A stretch of 64,000 nucleotides of DNA from IMG/VR virus record IMGVR_UViG_3300028888_000068; one strand, written 5' to 3'. Position numbers and translations under genes: made by a program. This stretch comes from an uncultured virus (IMG/VR IMGVR_UViG_3300028888_000068) (taxonomy: Duplodnaviria; Heunggongvirae; Uroviricota; Caudoviricetes). Below, piece after piece: positions 1-8,882 of the stretch. The notes under the pieces are model-generated. The model saw only the letters and a list, made by a program, of their open reading frames with translations, searched no databases and had not been told where the DNA came from. Each line of letters starts with the position of its first letter. Positions within the stretch are counted from its first letter, which is position 1.

Positions 1-377
1 TTAGAAATAGTCAAAGTAAAACAGTCTTGAAAGAATTTATTGAAGCAATCAAGAAAGGTAGGATAGAAGAAATAGAAACATGTCTAAATAGCAATAGAAT
101 TGGAGAACTTCATACAATACTATCCTCTCTACCAAAACATAAAATAGCACATGGAAGATTGGTGAAGAAACATCAATATGCATTAGAGAGAAGAGGATTA
201 GGAGGATTGATGACATATATAACTCTTCCAGAAGACAATATCGTATTAATCTATACTACATGTTGGTTAACTGAAATAATATATAACAACGACACTAGAT
301 ATTCTATAAGATTGTTGTATAGTGATATTATTCCTGAAAATGCAAATAATAACATACTATTCGAAATAAGAAGATAA
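1..377 (+). CDS. Hypothetical protein, probably the 3' part of a gene starting before the window
   Basis: The ORF-track frame 27..377 (TTG start) stays open back to the window start (RNSQSKTVL...). No recognisable motif. Confidence 0.5.
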   Translation, partial: RNSQSKTVLKEFIEAIKKGRIEEIETCLNSNRIGELHTILSSLPKHKIAHGRLVKKHQYALERRGLGGLMTYITLPEDNIVLIYTTCWLTEIIYNNDTRYSIRLLYSDIIPENANNNILFEIRR

Positions 378-449
378 CTTGAAAGATTGAAAGCCAACTC
401 AATCTTTCTCTTTTCCCATATCCAGAAGATATAGAATTCATTCAAGGAA

Positions 450-605
450 GAAGCCGAAGGCGCAGAACGGACCTGGAGTGAATTGGACTTCGAGGAGACA
501 TAGTCGACGAAGAAGGACAAGAGAGGGAGGTATGGGGTCCGTTCAGTAAGAGAAATTTTCTTACACTAGATGGATACTCGATACTCTCGCATCCATCTCA
601 GCTTC
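450..605. other. Multi-stem structured intergenic element (possible ncRNA or origin-associated structure)
   Basis: GAACGGACC 465-473 / GGTCCGTTC 536-544; GTAAGA 546-551 / TCTTAC 559-564; AGATGGAT 568-575 / ATCCATCT 591-598; GAAGC 450-454 / GCTTC 601-605. More GC-rich than its flanks. Confidence 0.5.
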
Positions 606-639
606 GCATAGGTGGTACAGATGTCATGGATTTTTGAAG

Positions 640-706
640 TGTGGTATTTTTTCAAATTAGATACCTTTATATACTTCTATGCAACTCGTTATATAAAAAT
701 ACCACA
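640..706. repeat. 12 bp perfect inverted repeat flanking a 43 bp AT-rich spacer
   Basis: TGTGGTATTTTT 640-651 and AAAAATACCACA 695-706. Confidence 0.85.
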
Positions 707-740
707 TTTTGCTGTTATTTTGACGTTAATTTCTTATAAT
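697..740 (+). promoter_or_regulatory. Candidate phage promoter or protein-binding motif, copy 1 (AAATACCACATTTTGCTG-N17-TCTTATAAT)
   Basis: 18 bp identical to 58452-58469, with TCTTATWAT at the same spacing in both copies. Both copies are intergenic and upstream of a hairpin and a gene start. Confidence 0.6.
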
Positions 741-751
741 TGAGAAGAATT

Positions 752-779
752 CAGTTGAGGACGCTTCGCCTCCCAACTG
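752..779 (+). promoter_or_regulatory. 5'-leader hairpin before the helicase-like gene
   Basis: CAGTTG 752-757 / CAACTG 774-779 with an inner GAGG/CCTC stem, 27 nt before ATG 807. Confidence 0.5.
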
Positions 780-806
780 TGAATAAATTTAACAATATTT
801 TCAATT

Positions 807-2831
807 ATGTTAGAAATTACAGAAGATAACAAAATTATTGTACCTAAAGGAATCAGATATATCAGTGAGTGGAGAGACTATAGTTTATCTGATTTTAATT
901 TTCCTCACATCCTGAATAAAAGAATACCAGGTTGTGGATTTACTGAATACTGTATTACTTCTAATCTAAATGTAATTCTTTGTTCTCCAAGAAAAATACT
1001 ACTTGAGAACAAACAAGAGCAGCATCCAGATACAGTCTTTTATTTTAAAAATGAATTAGATAATGTTGTTGAGGTTGACAAAGATATCACCAAAGACAGT
1101 AAAATAGAAGATGTAACTGTAGTCAACAACGAAGAGCTAAAAGAGCAGAAGAGAGAACAACAAAGAAAGCTACAGGAGATGGAACAGAATTTAAATAGCT
1201 ATATTGATAGATGTATATTTTTAGATGTTCCTGCTAAGATTCTTGTTACTTATGACTCTTTTAGATTGGTAAAACAATATCTAATTAATAAAAACGTCTT
1301 TGATACTTTCTATATTGTAATCGATGAAATGCAGAGCGTTTTTAGCGATGCGCTTTTTAAGTCTGATACAGAATTAACTTTTGTATATCAACTTCAAGAT
1401 ATTCAAAAAGTATGTTATGTTTCTGCAACGCCAATGTTAGAGGGATACCTATTACAACTTGATGAATTTAAAAATCTTCCATATTTTGAATTAGATTGGG
1501 TAGCAAAAGACCCATTAAGAATTGTAGAGGCTGACTTAAAATCTAGATCAACGCAGTCTATCATTGGAACAGCAGCTAGGATAATTAATACTTACAAACG
1601 AGGAGAGTTCAAAGAATTAGATGTTGCAATTGATGGAGAAATAAAAACTGTTCAATCTAAGGAAGCAGTTATATATGTCAATTCAGTTAAAAATATTTGT
1701 GATATAATAAAAGCTACGCAGCTTCTTCCTGAACAATGCAATATCCTTTGTGCTAAGACATCAAAAAATCAGTCTCGAATAAAAAAGAGACTTGGGTCTG
1801 GATTTGAAATAGGCAAGGTTCCATTAAAAGGCCAACCACATAAGATGTTTACTTTTTGCACAAGAACAGTTTATCTAGGAGCTGATTTCTACTCTACTTG
1901 TGCTAGATCCTTTGTATTTTCAGATGCCAATATAAAAACTTTGGTTGTAGATATTCGGCTAGATCTTCCACAGATTTTAGGAAGACAGAGACTCAAAGAA
2001 AATCCCTGGAAAAACAGCGCTGAATTTTACTACAAAACTCTTAGTCCTGGTAAAGTTATGACAAAGGAAGAGTTTGCTGAGACTATAAGAAAGAAAATAA
2101 AGAGAACAGATGACATATTAAACTCTTATTCTGATACCCGAGAAGACGCTAGGCACTCTGTAGCTGAAAGTTATTTGTATCTAGCTAAAACCGCAAACTA
2201 TAAATATGATTATGTAGCTGTTAATATGCATAATGGAAAAGACTTAGTTCCGGTATTTAATAATATAGTGTGGGTAGCAGAGCAAAGAGCGTTTGAAATT
2301 CAGCAACTGGATTATAGAACCTATGCTTCGGTTATTAATTCCTTAATGGACAGTTCTTTGGGGGATGGAAGCTCCAATGATGAAAACATTAATATTTTCT
2401 TAGCGGGTTTTGATAATTTATCTGGCTTCTACGCTAAGATGAAGGCAGTCTGTGAAGCTCCACTAACTGACTTAGAGAGATGTTATGTTTTAGCTAAACT
2501 CCCGCTTGAATATAAAACATATTATGAGATCCTCGGCTCAGAAAAATTAAAATCATTAGGATATAATATTACACTAGTGAGAAAAGAGCTTGATAATATG
2601 AAGATAGATAGAGGAGGAACTATAGATTCAGCAATATTATCAAGTTTTAACGTAGGAGAGAGATATAGTAAGGCGGATATTAAGGAAACTTTGAAGAATA
2701 TTTATCAATCTGCTAACTACAGTAAAACACCAAAAGCCACCGATTTGGAAAATTACTTCGAAGTAAAGAGATGTGCATTTGTAGTAGATGGAAAGAGAAT
2801 TGAAGGATTTGAAATAATAAAAAAGAAATAG
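807..2831 (+). CDS. SF2 (DExD/H-like) helicase-fold protein with degenerate Walker A, possibly origin-binding or replication protein
   Basis: Motif I-like IPGCGFT (no Lys), Ia ILCSPRKILL, Ib ILVTYDSF, II IVIDEMQ, III YVSATP, V TRTVYLGADF, VI QILGRQR. Short basic C-terminal domain. Confidence 0.8.
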   Translation: MLEITEDNKIIVPKGIRYISEWRDYSLSDFNFPHILNKRIPGCGFTEYCITSNLNVILCSPRKILLENKQEQHPDTVFYFKNELDNVVEVDKDITKDSKIEDVTVVNNEELKEQKREQQRKLQEMEQNLNSYIDRCIFLDVPAKILVTYDSFRLVKQYLINKNVFDTFYIVIDEMQSVFSDALFKSDTELTFVYQLQDIQKVCYVSATPMLEGYLLQLDEFKNLPYFELDWVAKDPLRIVEADLKSRSTQSIIGTAARIINTYKRGEFKELDVAIDGEIKTVQSKEAVIYVNSVKNICDIIKATQLLPEQCNILCAKTSKNQSRIKKRLGSGFEIGKVPLKGQPHKMFTFCTRTVYLGADFYSTCARSFVFSDANIKTLVVDIRLDLPQILGRQRLKENPWKNSAEFYYKTLSPGKVMTKEEFAETIRKKIKRTDDILNSYSDTREDARHSVAESYLYLAKTANYKYDYVAVNMHNGKDLVPVFNNIVWVAEQRAFEIQQLDYRTYASVINSLMDSSLGDGSSNDENINIFLAGFDNLSGFYAKMKAVCEAPLTDLERCYVLAKLPLEYKTYYEILGSEKLKSLGYNITLVRKELDNMKIDRGGTIDSAILSSFNVGERYSKADIKETLKNIYQSANYSKTPKATDLENYFEVKRCAFVVDGKRIEGFEIIKKK

Positions 2832-2832
2832 T

Positions 2833-3816
2833 ATGGTATATTTATTACAGGATTGTTATAAAGATGATTGTGATATTTATCATGATATTCTTAAAATAGG
2901 GTTCTGTAGCGATGATTTTAATAAGTCAAGAGCTAAAGAATATAATACACATAACTACGGATATAAGCTTTTATCTACTATTACGCATGGATCTAGAGAT
3001 TTGGAAACTACACTACATAATAAATTCAATCACCTAAGGCTATCTAAAGACTCTGAGTGGTTTAAGTATAGTGATGAAATTGTCAAGGAGTTTGAGAATT
3101 ATAATAAAAGATGGGATATAGGGGTTCTTGAAAATTTTGAACAACTAATAAAAGAGATATTTTATAAAGGAGTCACTACATCTTATAGTTATATAAATAC
3201 TGAGGATTATATAAATAACGTACTCTTAGATAAGTACCATTTTCTTGGCGCATATTCAGGATATTCAAATGAATTTTTAGATATATTGCATACAATTAGG
3301 TCTATATCCAAAGAGGTTACTGATATTTATTTAGAGTATTATAAAACACTGAGAGTAATCGGACAAGAAAAAGTATCTGAAACAGAATACGATATCTTGC
3401 TTAATAATACTATTAATAGAAAAGATATCAGAACCGTGAGCATTTCTTGTTCTGGGGTAAAGTATAATATTAAGTATTCTATAAAAAATATTGATCCTTA
3501 TATATCAGTAAGAACAATGTTAATGAAGATGATAGAAGGCACTTATACTTTTGTTAATGACTATAGGGAAACTGTTAATATTGATGACATAGATGGTCTT
3601 GAATATGCGCAAAAAGTTATATCCTTATCTCCAACTTTTGCATCTCCAACTATATCAGGAAAACCAAGTTTTAATTATCAGCTTTTATCTCTAGGAAGAA
3701 AAGTTATAAATAAGCTAGAAAGTTTTATAGATCAAGGGATGAACAACGCTGCTAAAATGAGTTCAGATTTAATAATAGGAAAATTTAATTATGAAAATAA
3801 TAAGAATTCCAGATAA
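2833..3816 (+). CDS. T5orf172/MUG113-type (GIY-YIG-like) nuclease-domain protein
   Basis: N-terminal MVYLL...LKIGF...SR...LETTLHNKF...SEWF pattern typical of T5orf172 domains. Confidence 0.75.
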   Translation: MVYLLQDCYKDDCDIYHDILKIGFCSDDFNKSRAKEYNTHNYGYKLLSTITHGSRDLETTLHNKFNHLRLSKDSEWFKYSDEIVKEFENYNKRWDIGVLENFEQLIKEIFYKGVTTSYSYINTEDYINNVLLDKYHFLGAYSGYSNEFLDILHTIRSISKEVTDIYLEYYKTLRVIGQEKVSETEYDILLNNTINRKDIRTVSISCSGVKYNIKYSIKNIDPYISVRTMLMKMIEGTYTFVNDYRETVNIDDIDGLEYAQKVISLSPTFASPTISGKPSFNYQLLSLGRKVINKLESFIDQGMNNAAKMSSDLIIGKFNYENNKNSR

Positions 3817-4060
3817 TTGCATTTCAGGGGCACAGGATATACGAGTCCCAGAAGCAATATATAGAATCATACTAAAGGATACCTGGTACTATGGGGGAGG
3901 CTGTTGCAGTGGTTTTCGGATACACATTGAGAAGGATACTATGATTGCAACACTGGAGTCTAGGTGTAATGCAGAAGAAGTCGAAGTTGAAGTCTTTGAT
4001 GCTCCTGCCCAAGAAAACCCACCAACCAGGATACCAGAATTAATATTAACGATATACTAG
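3791..4060 (+). CDS. Small hypothetical protein
   Basis: 89 aa, AATTATG start context as in other genes, overlaps the upstream gene end. Confidence 0.55.
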   Translation: MKIIRIPDNCISGAQDIRVPEAIYRIILKDTWYYGGGCCSGFRIHIEKDTMIATLESRCNAEEVEVEVFDAPAQENPPTRIPELILTIY

Positions 4061-4072
4061 AAAATATATATA

Positions 4073-4104
4073 AAGAGGATATGACTTGACCGTTGTATCC
4101 TCTT
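4073..4104 (+). promoter_or_regulatory. Intergenic hairpin before the baseplate genes
   Basis: AAGAGGATA 4073-4081 / TATCCTCTT 4096-4104, extendable with G-U pairs. No U-tract. Confidence 0.6.
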
Positions 4105-4125
4105 CTAATTTTAACTATACGAATT

Positions 4126-4458
4126 ATGAAATACCTATTATCAGGAGGAAGAGGTACGACTCGGATTGAAGAATATCTAATCGACCTCTTTAAATTGTAC
4201 CTTAAGATTTACCCTGGAGATATACCTGGTGCTCCTGACTATGGTTTTGATTTTAATCTCCAGGGCATATATCAAGATGAATTACCGGCCGAACTAGAGT
4301 CTCGTATTTCCCGGTTAGTTCAAAAAGTTAACTCTAGATTCTCTGGGTCATCCATGAAGCTAGAAGTAGAATCACTAGAAATTATATCACCAACTAAAGC
4401 GAGACTAAAAATATCGGCCGGCACTTTGGTGGACGATATGGAAGTTAATATATACTAA
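4126..4458 (+). CDS. Baseplate wedge / sheath initiator protein, T4 gp25-like
   Basis: About 110 aa with PGDIPGAPDYGFDF (gp25-like GE.P..P.FG motif), directly upstream of a gp6-like gene. ATG 4126 is preferred over TTG 4093, which lies inside the hairpin. Confidence 0.7.
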   Translation: MKYLLSGGRGTTRIEEYLIDLFKLYLKIYPGDIPGAPDYGFDFNLQGIYQDELPAELESRISRLVQKVNSRFSGSSMKLEVESLEIISPTKARLKISAGTLVDDMEVNIY

Positions 4459-4460
4459 TT

Positions 4461-6089
4461 ATGAGATCATTACAAGACTATAGAAACATATACAGAGAGG
4501 TTGCGCAATCTCTCGGTTATCGTGGAGACAGTGTAGAGCTTCTCGTACAACTTCTAGCTAATGCAACTTATATAGAAGAAGTTGAAAATATAACCTACAT
4601 GCAAGAAGCGTCCCTAGAGCGTGCAGGACTGATGAATTCTAAGATACAGCACTGTGTAAATAATATGTATTCAGTCTTTCGTGGTTCCTGTCCTAGAGTT
4701 CTTCTTCATGTTCATCCTACCAAGTATCAAGTCTTCAAACCTTATCAAGAAATTGCTTCTTCTAGTAACTTTAAAGTCTACTATCTTGGGAGTATTTCTG
4801 AAACCGACATGTCTGAACTTCTTTCTAAGTGGGATAAAGGAGAACTTAGACTTATATCAGAAGACGAGCATGTAGAATCTATAGGAATTTCACAAGGATT
4901 AGATAATGATATCCTGACAGTAAATCCTCTCCTCTCGGAAGACTACTATATCTATGGTTTTATTGCTGAGTCTAAAGTATCTGACCGAGAGTATACTATC
5001 TCTGAGAAAAATCAGTACTACTTTGATATCCCCGAGACAGGACTTTCAAATGATATGTATGTAGAGGTAGCAAAATCAGGACAAACGGCAGGAGACTTAG
5101 AGAACTGGGAAACACATCAGACTACACGAATTTTCTCTGAGCATATCTTAGGAAAAATGAATTATCGGTCTGGGTCTCTTGAACCAGCTATCTACGACCT
5201 TACACTCCCTGGTTTTGGTAGTCGTCTGTATTTTTCAGAGGACTTAGAAAAATCAGATAAAATACGCGCCACCTACTTTAAATTTACATCCCTAGATAAG
5301 TATCAGGAGAATGAGCTTCGTAGGATTTTTATAAAGGGTATGGACATAATTCCTTTTTCAAATTCTTTCCTTAAAGCACACGATATTCAGCCAGAGCTTA
5401 TATATCCAGACCATATGATATACGATGAGGATGAAAATAAAAATGGTGGACTTATAATTATCCCTGAGACACCAAGAGAGGAACTTCAATCCATCCACTA
5501 TAATGCCAGTCGCGACAGATATATAAATTCTATTGTGCGTAGTAATACTGATATGGGAAGACTTCTCGAGCAAATGTATCCAGAGCACGTACGAACAAAT
5601 GGAACAACTTGCTCGTACTTCGGAAATTATGTTGTTATCTGGTATATTCCTAGAAGTTCCTCAAATCTTCTTACTTCCGACCAGGCTTTAAATTTCACGA
5701 AAGAGCATAAGGCTTATTATATTAGTACTAGTATCGATATTAGAAAAGCTCCTGAAATTAGAAAAATTTTAAATATCGACATAGAGCTTTACCGCGCTAT
5801 CGACGACCTAGATACTAAGATAGAAGAAATCATAAATCCATATCAATATAGATTTGGAGTTTATCTTCCTACCAACGGAGATGCAGAGAGCGAAGTTAAG
5901 AATGAAATTATATCTACACTTTCTAAAATTCCAGAGGTTAGACTTGTCAGAAATGTAGGAATCTCAACCTATGATAGTGCAACCTCTCCTGTAGAAAGTA
6001 CGGATAGTAGTAATAGATATAAGACAACGGAAGGATATCCATATTACTATTCGATAGAAGTTGTTATTAATTCAAGTATTACGCGATGA
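4461..6089 (+). CDS. Baseplate wedge subunit, T4 gp6 / baseplate J-like
   Basis: N-terminal LVQLLANATY...EASLERAGLMNSKIQH resembles gp6 LL.LLAY....E.F...A....S. ETPREELQSIHYNA...IVRSNTD resembles the baseplate-J 'E....R....D' segment. Synteny with the gp25-like gene. Confidence 0.7.
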   Translation: MRSLQDYRNIYREVAQSLGYRGDSVELLVQLLANATYIEEVENITYMQEASLERAGLMNSKIQHCVNNMYSVFRGSCPRVLLHVHPTKYQVFKPYQEIASSSNFKVYYLGSISETDMSELLSKWDKGELRLISEDEHVESIGISQGLDNDILTVNPLLSEDYYIYGFIAESKVSDREYTISEKNQYYFDIPETGLSNDMYVEVAKSGQTAGDLENWETHQTTRIFSEHILGKMNYRSGSLEPAIYDLTLPGFGSRLYFSEDLEKSDKIRATYFKFTSLDKYQENELRRIFIKGMDIIPFSNSFLKAHDIQPELIYPDHMIYDEDENKNGGLIIIPETPREELQSIHYNASRDRYINSIVRSNTDMGRLLEQMYPEHVRTNGTTCSYFGNYVVIWYIPRSSSNLLTSDQALNFTKEHKAYYISTSIDIRKAPEIRKILNIDIELYRAIDDLDTKIEEIINPYQYRFGVYLPTNGDAESEVKNEIISTLSKIPEVRLVRNVGISTYDSATSPVESTDSSNRYKTTEGYPYYYSIEVVINSSITR

Positions 6090-6727
6090 ATTTTTGTTAT
6101 ATAAAAAGTCAAGGACATCTTATGGAACTTCCTATTCTTCAACAATTAGTTAAGATGTATGAAGAATATCAGGGAGGGTATTATGAAGATTCTGAAAGCT
6201 CCTATCAAAGTTATTATTCAAGCTCAGATATTGACCCTGTCCGCGACTTTGTAGAGACATTAGTAGGTCCGACATTAGAAGAAGAGACAGAGGCCGATTA
6301 TGAGAATGTCTTGAATTATATAACGAGGATGTTTTATTCAGTGAAGGGAACTACTAAGGTTTTTGATTATATGGAGCGCTTCTTCCCTGGTTTTAAGAGA
6401 AGCGGTGATATTATATACGACGGAGATACACTTAGTCTTGCAATAGTCCTGGATAGTGCTCTTGATAATACAGTAGAGTTTAGAACTGCGCTTCTCGAGT
6501 TTCTTCAAAGTCTTCTATATCTAGGGGGCTCTGGGGACAGTAATATAGTAATAGTAGTTCCCGGCGAGGATTCTGACCTAGATGAAATTACCGATGACCC
6601 TGACCCATATAAATTCCAAGATATTCCTCAGGTACTTCGACTTAGGGATGTTCTGGATATTTATGGAAATGGGAAAATAAAAACATATAAACTAATTATA
6701 GTAAAGAGAGATGAGGGTAGTAGTTAA
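6086..6727 (+). CDS. Baseplate wedge protein, gp7 / P2 gpI-like
   Basis: ITRMFYSVKGTTKVFDY matches the 'Y..KGT' motif. ATGA overlap with the gp6-like gene. Confidence 0.55.
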   Translation: MNFCYIKSQGHLMELPILQQLVKMYEEYQGGYYEDSESSYQSYYSSSDIDPVRDFVETLVGPTLEEETEADYENVLNYITRMFYSVKGTTKVFDYMERFFPGFKRSGDIIYDGDTLSLAIVLDSALDNTVEFRTALLEFLQSLLYLGGSGDSNIVIVVPGEDSDLDEITDDPDPYKFQDIPQVLRLRDVLDIYGNGKIKTYKLIIVKRDEGSS

Positions 6728-8882
6728 TAGACAGCCAATAACAACAAAGGAGGCTGATAAAGAAAAATTTACAGGAGAGATAACTGCAGTGTATTATAAA
6801 TCTCCTGCAATGCCTATAGATGTCCCTAATCTCTGGAATACATTAGATTCAACTTCTCAAGCCCTCCTTAGAACATCAGGGAAGGCACAAGAACTTCGAT
6901 ATGATGCGGGGGAGCTTGGAGTTGATTATAGATTCTTTGAGTATGGTCTCCAGTACTTTCCAAACCCGGAGGGAATTCTTCCAGCAATATCGAAGGAGAT
7001 GGCTGATATCTTATTTAGAGATTCAGATAGTAAGAAGTGGTTAGGAACTAGAGATTTTAAAGACATAGGAAAATATATAATCCCAACTAATTCCCTGTAT
7101 TCGAAGGGGAATTCTGGAATTAAGTTCTTTGGTTCTTTCCGGACAGAGACGCAGGAAATTTATGTTTTTCCAGCGGCTTCGGGGATATCTAAAATTGAGC
7201 TTTTTGATTTTAAGATAGACCCAGGAGACTTATCTAAGATTTATGACCATGACCTAGGATATGGAAATTTTGCTTATACTCCATTCATATCTATCTATCT
7301 TGGATGTACTGAAGATTTATCTAGTACTCCAAAGTGGTCTAATAATTTTACCTCAGAATATTATATCGGGAATGTTCAGAAAGATGTAGACCTAGATTAT
7401 AAACTTTATTCTGAGAGATTTGACCAGAAGATTGTATTCCTTTCTATAAGTCAGAGGAAAGAAAAGAGTCTAAGGCTTTCATATACTTCTTGGTTAAAAC
7501 TATATGAACCCCTCCGAAATAAGCCTTCCTATGATGTTCTCTTAGAAGAAAAAACACAAGACCCTTCTCAGATCGGCGAAACTATAGAGGGACATAAATT
7601 TGACCTAGCATCTGGTACTTATCTTGGGTCTCTTGATTCTAGACCTAAACCAATCTTAGAAGAAAAATTAAAAAAGCTTCAGATACTACAAGAGTCAGGA
7701 GTTTACAATAGATGGAAAAGATACAAAGCAGGTGAGCCGGCAGTATTCGGAGGTGAAAAATGGATATCACTTTGTCAGGATAATTGTGGAAATATTCCAG
7801 GTTATTCATCTAAGTGGGTTCTTGAAAAAAGATTAACTGATTTCTATACTTCCTGGTTCATTATTTCATGTCCAGAAGCTCAAGAAATAAACCCTGGATT
7901 TAAAGTAAATGTTCCCGATTATCAGAAAGAGTCTATTTTTGAAGTATATCCTAAGCCTGGTTATATTCCGACAGAGGCTAGCGTAAATCGACTAGAGACA
8001 GATGAAGTTATATCTAGGGTTGTTATGACTGAGAATGTAGACCTAGATGAGAAAAGATATTATATTTTCTATGTAAGATGGGACCCCGTCGAGAAGTCTA
8101 AGGGAAACATAAAAGGGAGAGTTCTTGAGCTTGAACTTGAGAAAAAGCCACTTCATCCGGTTATACGTATCCCCGATTTTGTTATTCAAGGGTCGGAAAG
8201 AACTGGATATACGCTTTCCTGGAATAATAATTTAGATAGTTTTGAATTAAGCACTGCAGGAAATATAGTAGTAGATAATTCCTTAGACTCCTCAATACTT
8301 AGATATATTGGAGAAAAAGTAGCAGCGGGTACGGGATTAACTAAGAATGAAGCATATGATGTCTTCGAGGAAAAATTTATAGGAAAGCTTGATTTTTCCC
8401 TAGAGTATGAAAAGTCAGTGCCAGGAAAAACATGGACTACAGGAAATTCTGAGAAAGAGCCTGAGATTAATGTACTCTCTGGAGGTAATGCTATATCTGA
8501 TATAATTCTTCATGAAGACTGTGTAGATTATGAAACCTGTAAGTATACATTAATTCCGGGATGGAGTTATAAGAAAATTACTGTATCTAATTCAGGAGAC
8601 TTCGACATAGAATATCCGGTTCTTGATGTCATTCGAACTGAAAATTATAAGTCAGGAATTTATTCTAGATCAGGGGAAATTCCAAGTGAGATTATGATTA
8701 AATATAGAATAGATTCCGATAATTGGTCCTCCTGGCAGCACGCAAGTTTTAGTGGAAGTAGCGCTACCTGGTATTATCCTGGTGGAGGGAATGAGGTACA
8801 TCTTGATAGAACAGGGTCTAATCTATACGAACTTCAGGTTAATTCAGTTACTATAGATTTGATAATAGATATTAAAGTATGA
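6711..8882 (+). CDS. Putative baseplate/structural protein with a small CBM5/12-like beta module
   Basis: YNRWKRYKAGEPAVFGGEKWISL...NIPGYSSKW. Coupled to the baseplate genes. Confidence 0.55.
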   Translation: MRVVVNRQPITTKEADKEKFTGEITAVYYKSPAMPIDVPNLWNTLDSTSQALLRTSGKAQELRYDAGELGVDYRFFEYGLQYFPNPEGILPAISKEMADILFRDSDSKKWLGTRDFKDIGKYIIPTNSLYSKGNSGIKFFGSFRTETQEIYVFPAASGISKIELFDFKIDPGDLSKIYDHDLGYGNFAYTPFISIYLGCTEDLSSTPKWSNNFTSEYYIGNVQKDVDLDYKLYSERFDQKIVFLSISQRKEKSLRLSYTSWLKLYEPLRNKPSYDVLLEEKTQDPSQIGETIEGHKFDLASGTYLGSLDSRPKPILEEKLKKLQILQESGVYNRWKRYKAGEPAVFGGEKWISLCQDNCGNIPGYSSKWVLEKRLTDFYTSWFIISCPEAQEINPGFKVNVPDYQKESIFEVYPKPGYIPTEASVNRLETDEVISRVVMTENVDLDEKRYYIFYVRWDPVEKSKGNIKGRVLELELEKKPLHPVIRIPDFVIQGSERTGYTLSWNNNLDSFELSTAGNIVVDNSLDSSILRYIGEKVAAGTGLTKNEAYDVFEEKFIGKLDFSLEYEKSVPGKTWTTGNSEKEPEINVLSGGNAISDIILHEDCVDYETCKYTLIPGWSYKKITVSNSGDFDIEYPVLDVIRTENYKSGIYSRSGEIPSEIMIKYRIDSDNWSSWQHASFSGSSATWYYPGGGNEVHLDRTGSNLYELQVNSVTIDLIIDIKV

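Noticed and set aside
450..605. tRNA or self-splicing intron
   Set aside because: No cloverleaf with a T-loop GTTCRA in the right geometry, no group I or II core motifs recognised, and no interrupted gene around it.
4093..4125. TTG start and N-terminal extension for the gp25-like gene
   Set aside because: The TTG lies within the intergenic hairpin, while ATG 4126 has the genome-typical AATTATG context.
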